DNA from: Chlamydiota bacterium
GTDB taxonomy: Bacteria > Chlamydiota > Chlamydiia > Chlamydiales > SM23-39
Assembly (NCBI GenBank): GCA_050049995.1
Contig: JASFVE010000004.1
Span: forward strand, 1-45,808
Direction: 5' to 3'
Length of the DNA: 45,808 bases
Shown here: in pieces, positions 41,539 through 45,808 of the stretch
Layout of the letters: each line of letters begins with the position of its first letter
Position numbering within the stretch: position 1 is the stretch's first letter
The notes under the pieces: model-generated
The model's database searches: none
What the model saw: only the letters and a program-made list of their open reading frames with translations
What the model was told of the DNA's origin: nothing
Translations under genes and position numbers: made by a program

Positions 41539-42102
41539 TTAATAGCCGTGAGACGTTCCGCAACTACAGGAAGATCGAACGTTGGGGTTAGTTATTTTAA
41601 AGCCAGCACCTTGAAGACCATCAGCATAATCAATTAAACAACCTTTAAGTCTGTCTTCATCTTTTTTGTTGATGTGCACATCTACTCCATTGGAATGGTA
41701 GACTGCATCTTCTTCAGTGGGCTTTTCGGAAAAATCTAACACATATTCAAATCCATTGCAGCCGGCAGCTTTTTCTGAAAGACGAAGACCGAAACCTTCT
41801 TTGTTTTCTTCTTCTAAAATTTTTAGAAATTTCTGCGCAGCTGTATCTGTTAACGTGATTGATTCAATGTCAATTTCTTCTTGTAAAATTGCATTCAATT
41901 TATCAATAAGTTGATCAATTTGACCATCATCAAAGCCGTGGCCGTACATCCCAGCTTCAAGTGTTTCAAAAGTTGATGCAGAGCAACCAACACAGTGAAG
42001 GCCGGCATTGGTCATTTCTTGGGCAAGTCGTTGGCTTTTTTGAGGGAATTTTTGGAAAATATCTTCTATTGTCATCTCACGATGGATAAGCATATCTGTC
42101 AT
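41539..42102 (-). CDS. A-type Fe-S carrier (HesB/IscA/ErpA) with an N-terminal DUF1858-like CxxC domain
   Basis: N-terminal MTI.DI...P...GLHCVGC..S.FETLE.G...HG; C-terminal GCNGFEY...GF...NPN..SSCSCGTS. Confidence 0.88.
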   Translation of the reverse strand: MTDMLIHREMTIEDIFQKFPQKSQRLAQEMTNAGLHCVGCSASTFETLEAGMYGHGFDDGQIDQLIDKLNAILQEEIDIESITLTDTAAQKFLKILEEENKEGFGLRLSEKAAGCNGFEYVLDFSEKPTEEDAVYHSNGVDVHINKKDEDRLKGCLIDYADGLQGAGFKITNPNVRSSCSCGTSHGY

Positions 42103-42104
42103 AT

Positions 42105-42371
42105 TTAATACTTAATTCTGACGGTTCCTTGTTTGATTTTGCATTGGCAAGCTAGTCTTTCTGTATCCATTTCACCTAAAAAATCTTCCTCAGCTTCTGT
42201 GAATTCAGATAGATTTTTCATATCTTCCTCGTCCACTTCAATAACACATGTACCACATACCCCTTCAGTGCAGGCAAAAGGAACACCTTGTTCTTCACAG
42301 GCTTCAGCAATTTCACTGCCATCTGGTAGTTCTACTTCATCTCCAGTATCTTCAAAAATAAGTTTTGCCAT
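42105..42371 (-). CDS. fdx: [2Fe-2S] ferredoxin (start reassigned to ATG 42371)
   Basis: GVPFACTEGVCGTC...RLACQC; highly acidic. Confidence 0.9.
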   Translation of the reverse strand: MAKLIFEDTGDEVELPDGSEIAEACEEQGVPFACTEGVCGTCVIEVDEEDMKNLSEFTEAEEDFLGEMDTERLACQCKIKQGTVRIKY

Positions 42372-42433
42372 ATTTTTCTCGAATTTATGCCATACGGAAT
42401 AAGCATGCGATGAAATCAAGAAAAAAGCAAGAG

Positions 42434-42601
42434 TTATTCAACAGCTAAATTCTCATCTAGCATTGACTGGGCAGTTTCTTTTAAAGTAGCAATCCCATTG
42501 GGAAACCCTACCTTTATTAGTAGCTCGTGTAAATGGCTGAACTCTGTTTCTAAGAAATCTAATTTAGTCTCTAATTGAGATAAATTAAGTTTATTATTCA
42601 T
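42434..42601 (-). CDS. Small hypothetical protein (55 aa), missed by the ORF track
   Basis: Strong AAGGAG RBS; MNNKLNLSQLETKLDFLETEFSHLHELLIKVGFPNGIATLKETAQSMLDENLAVE*; leucine heptad pattern. Confidence 0.75.
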   Translation of the reverse strand: MNNKLNLSQLETKLDFLETEFSHLHELLIKVGFPNGIATLKETAQSMLDENLAVE

Positions 42602-42726
42602 ATAAAACTCCTTTTAAAGGGATTTGCTTTAAAAATACATTAAGTTTGTTAATTTTTATTAAAGAATTGAAATTAAATTAAAAATTTGTTAATATTGTAA
42701 TTGTAAAATTACAACTTAGGTTGAAG

Positions 42727-43446
42727 ATGACTATAAGTGCTACTCCTCAAATACCTGTTACCTACGCTATTAAAGATGAGTTGTTTGACCGATCAAAGCG
42801 GTTATGGGCTACTGACAATAAATTTTTAGCAATTATTTTTGGAGTCGGGGAGCTTTTTTGTTGGATCAAACCTTTTCATAACTGGCTTCATGAAAAGACT
42901 ATCTCTATTATTGATGGGCCTGAGGCTTTGTTAGCATATAGGTATGAAAGGCTTAAAGATATCTCGAAAGTAGATGAGGAAAATCTTCAGCAAGCTAGAT
43001 CTCCTTATTTAGCTATTTTAGTGGATTCTTCCGTAAGATCCCTTTTAAGGGCATATCAAGAAGACACTTCCCTAAGTACTAAGCTTGTCCATGATCAAAT
43101 AAAGAGCATTCTAAAAAGGATGGAAGGGGTTACATTAGAGTCCAAAAAGTCTTTAGAAGATAAAAAATTAAAGGCTATTTATGTAGAAATTGGAAAATCT
43201 ATCTTAAAAAAAATGCACGAAGAAATAGATGATTTTGAGCTTTCATTAAAATATGGTCAGCCTTCATCTCAATCTCGAGAAGAAATTTACCATAGAAAAG
43301 TCTTTTTAAAAGCCATTGAGCTTGAAAGTACTGCTCGAGCAAGAGAGTTTGTAGACGCTGAATTCCCCAAAATTCTTCCTAAAAAAGACCCTCCCCACAC
43401 TTTTCATCGAGCCATTTCAAGTATTTTAGACCAATTTGATGGATAA
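42727..43446 (+). CDS. Hypothetical helical protein (candidate effector); ATG 42727 preferred over TTG 42721
   Basis: Long ORF in an AT-rich context; N-terminus MTISATPQIP; upstream TTGAAA-17-TAATAT (42667-42695). Confidence 0.7.
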   Translation: MTISATPQIPVTYAIKDELFDRSKRLWATDNKFLAIIFGVGELFCWIKPFHNWLHEKTISIIDGPEALLAYRYERLKDISKVDEENLQQARSPYLAILVDSSVRSLLRAYQEDTSLSTKLVHDQIKSILKRMEGVTLESKKSLEDKKLKAIYVEIGKSILKKMHEEIDDFELSLKYGQPSSQSREEIYHRKVFLKAIELESTARAREFVDAEFPKILPKKDPPHTFHRAISSILDQFDG

Positions 43447-43513
43447 TCGTAAAAGCAATCTTCTAGATTTGACTTTTTACGAAAAATTTTAATTAGATTG
43501 AATTATTTATAGT

Positions 43514-44020
43514 TTAGATTAAAGAGTCATAATCGTCATCATCATCACTATCACTATTTACTGTTGGCTGCGGACTAAGTACTTGAGAGGCGTTAGAGCT
43601 AGATCTGGATCTATGAATAGGGGGACTTTCTGGTGGATCTGCGATAGTTCCTTCTTCTTTCATAACTATTTTATCTGATTGAACAGATAGGTGCATTGTG
43701 GCTATTGTATTAACAGCATCTGCTAGTGTTCTTATACCACAAATAGTTGTAGGAGAATTAAATTCAATGCTCAAATCGGAGACTTGGGCTCCAAGTATTT
43801 CTAAAGAGCCGTTTTCCCTTTTTACAAGTTCTGTAGCTTCAATGTGTTCTGCTGTAAGATTAGCAACGGATACATTATTAGCTTGAGCTACAATGGCTTT
43901 AAAAAGCTCTGTGATAGTAACTGTTCTGTCGCTTTGTTTAATTGCTTTAGATCCAGATACGCATATATCCCAGTTTTGGCCGTCAGCCTGAAAGGCATTA
44001 TTGTAAACTACTTCTGTCAT
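43514..44020 (-). CDS. Hypothetical protein with a Pro/Ser-rich acidic tail (candidate effector)
   Basis: 168-aa ORF; tail PPESPPIHRSRSSS...DSDDDDDYDSLI; upstream extended -10 TGcTATAAT on the minus strand. Confidence 0.7.
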   Translation of the reverse strand: MTEVVYNNAFQADGQNWDICVSGSKAIKQSDRTVTITELFKAIVAQANNVSVANLTAEHIEATELVKRENGSLEILGAQVSDLSIEFNSPTTICGIRTLADAVNTIATMHLSVQSDKIVMKEEGTIADPPESPPIHRSRSSSNASQVLSPQPTVNSDSDDDDDYDSLI

Positions 44021-44259
44021 GATAATTTTATTATTATGTTTTTATAGTTTAATTATAGCATATTAATGCATTAAATGTAAATTATTATTTTATAATAGTT
44101 ACTTGTTATTTAAAAGATTTTATTTTTCCATTTAAAAAGAAGGTGTTCATAAGTAACTAGAATAGAAGTAGATAAGTTTTTACTCTTTAAATTATCTTTT
44201 TTTTTTAATATCTTACCGTAAGCTGTTGAGCTTTTTTAACTTATATAGAAGGTTTTTTT

Positions 44260-45808
44260 ATGTCTATTCCAAGCGGTTTTTATCCTTCAAGAACTATTTC
44301 CCACTTACCTCCTGAAGAAAGGGTGAGAATTCTTTCCTATTTAACTCCCCAAGAACAGTTAACCATGAGCGTTGCGAATCATGCTTGGAATGGCCTTTCT
44401 CAAGAAAGATTAGGACAGTTTGCCCTCGTACAATCTATGGCAGGAGGTTGGTCTGGTGATATTAAGGAGTTGCATGATACTAACCCAAAAAAATTTGAAG
44501 GTTTGTTAGATAGAATAGTTAATGCCAACTTTAATCTAGTGTCAGATTCAGCCAGTAGGTCTATGGGAAGGTTTTTGGATAATGTTCTTCAGTTTAAAGG
44601 TCAGGTCAATCCCGAAGAGATGACACAATGGCTAAGAAAGCTGCCTCCCCAAGAAAGAGCAACTATTGGAGAATTAAACTTTACCTATCTCAAAATTACA
44701 GATAGACAGCTTGCTGAAGTTATAGAGTTGTGTCCAAACTTAAAAAAATTACACCTTATCAATACTGAAATCACAGGTAAAGGACTTGCAAATATACCAG
44801 AGAACAATCAATTGGAATATGTTAGCTTATCATCTCCCAATTTAGACAAAGATTTTACTGGCACATTTTTTTCTAGAACTTCTAAGTTAAAGAGCCTTTG
44901 GTTAGTTTCCCCAATTGCTGGAGAAATTCTTAGCCATATCCCCAAGAACAATCAATTGGAAAAAGTAAGTTTAGATAATAATAGCACTTTAAATGAGAAT
45001 CATCTCATAGAGTTTCTCTCCAAAGCGCCGATGCTTAAAGAAGTTAATTTAAGTCATTTAAATATAACGGGAAAATGCCTTAATTTTATTGTTAGTGATC
45101 AACTTGAAGCAATAACATTGAGTTATTGTAAATATCTTGAGGAAAAGTACCTCATAAAGTTTTTTTCCAATGCAGCTACGCTTAAAAGAATTGATTTGAC
45201 TCTATCATCAACGACGGGGGAGGGATTAACTTATCTTCCTATAGACAACCAACTACAAACTTTGGTTTTAAGATACTGTGAGTTTCTTGATGAGAGATGC
45301 CTCGTAAAGGTACTTCCTAATGCAACTCTACTTAAAGAGCTTGATGTTTCTAAAACCAGTATAACAGGAGAGTGTCTTGCTACTATTTCAGAGCAAAATC
45401 AATTAGAAAGTCTTTGGTTGCATGATTGCAAAAGACTCAATGAAGTATTTCTTAGGGAGATACTCTTAAAAGCAACTATGCTTACAAAACTCGATATTTC
45501 AAGAACAATGATAACTGGACAAGTGCTAGTTGACATTTCTGAGCATACTCAATTAGAAGAGCTTTTCTTTGATAATTGTAAAAATCTCAATGAAGCATTG
45601 CTTTGGGAGTTTTTCTTAAAAGCAAATAAAATAAAAAAACTACACTCTAAAAGTTTAAGTGATTTTTTCTTAAGAAAGATGCAACTATTTGAAATGCTAG
45701 TTCTTAGAAATGGTAATTGTAAACTACACCAACAGCCAGAAGAGGTGATAAATTTTTTACAGGATTTACCTCCGTCTAAAAGAGAGGAGGTGCAGTCTTT
45801 AGATTTTA
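44260..45808 (+). CDS. F-box + leucine-rich-repeat protein, 3' end truncated by the window edge
   Basis: Open frame of 516 codons with no stop; F-box ISHLPPEERVRILSYLTPQEQLTMSVANHAWNGLS; repeated LK.L.L...ITG..L..I...NQLE.L.L..C..L.E units. Confidence 0.88.
   Translation, partial: MSIPSGFYPSRTISHLPPEERVRILSYLTPQEQLTMSVANHAWNGLSQERLGQFALVQSMAGGWSGDIKELHDTNPKKFEGLLDRIVNANFNLVSDSASRSMGRFLDNVLQFKGQVNPEEMTQWLRKLPPQERATIGELNFTYLKITDRQLAEVIELCPNLKKLHLINTEITGKGLANIPENNQLEYVSLSSPNLDKDFTGTFFSRTSKLKSLWLVSPIAGEILSHIPKNNQLEKVSLDNNSTLNENHLIEFLSKAPMLKEVNLSHLNITGKCLNFIVSDQLEAITLSYCKYLEEKYLIKFFSNAATLKRIDLTLSSTTGEGLTYLPIDNQLQTLVLRYCEFLDERCLVKVLPNATLLKELDVSKTSITGECLATISEQNQLESLWLHDCKRLNEVFLREILLKATMLTKLDISRTMITGQVLVDISEHTQLEELFFDNCKNLNEALLWEFFLKANKIKKLHSKSLSDFFLRKMQLFEMLVLRNGNCKLHQQPEEVINFLQDLPPSKREEVQSLDF
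44740..45640 (+). repeat. Six ~48-50-aa two-LRR repeat units within the F-box protein
   Basis: [IT][TA]G anchors at 44770, 44914, 45064, 45211, 45361 and 45511 (spacing 144-150 nt); agaacaatcaattggaa repeated at the DNA level. Confidence 0.85.

Noticed and set aside
42372..42419. N-terminal extension of the ferredoxin from TTG 42419
   Set aside because: The ferredoxin-like sequence begins at MAKLIFED (ATG 42371)
44740..45640. CRISPR-like periodic repeats
   Set aside because: The ~150-nt periodicity is degenerate, in frame and explained by protein LRR units; no cas genes are present

Overview
AT-rich chromosomal segment of an environmental chlamydia (phylum Chlamydiota). The assignment rests on chlamydia-specific genes (Slc1/CT043-type T3SS chaperone, CT053-like and CT102-like proteins) and on gene orders I recall from Chlamydia (glgX/slc1, yidC-dnaA, DUF721-gyrB-gyrA-tmk, HAD-CT102/fabI, holA-methylase, hemW-CT053/sucAB). 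The housekeeping content includes a compact eight-gene classical o-succinylbenzoate menaquinone operon (menG-F-D-H-B-A-C-E, no menI), mgtE, folB plus a FolM-like SDR, an orphan ParA, sucA-sucB-lpdA and a ferredoxin/DUF1858-IscA pair. Orphan genes that look like host-directed effectors are scattered between the conserved blocks. Three point to the ubiquitin system: a CE-clan (Ulp1-like) cysteine protease, an F-box+LRR protein truncated at the window end, and a membrane-anchored protein with a possible NEL-like Cys/Asp-His module. A fourth small orphan ends in a LIR/PDZ-like tail. The ORF track missed two small ORFs (54 aa and 55 aa) and the two edge-truncated genes. I found no rRNA, tRNA, CRISPR array or IS element. 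All family assignments come from motif recognition by eye; no searches were run.
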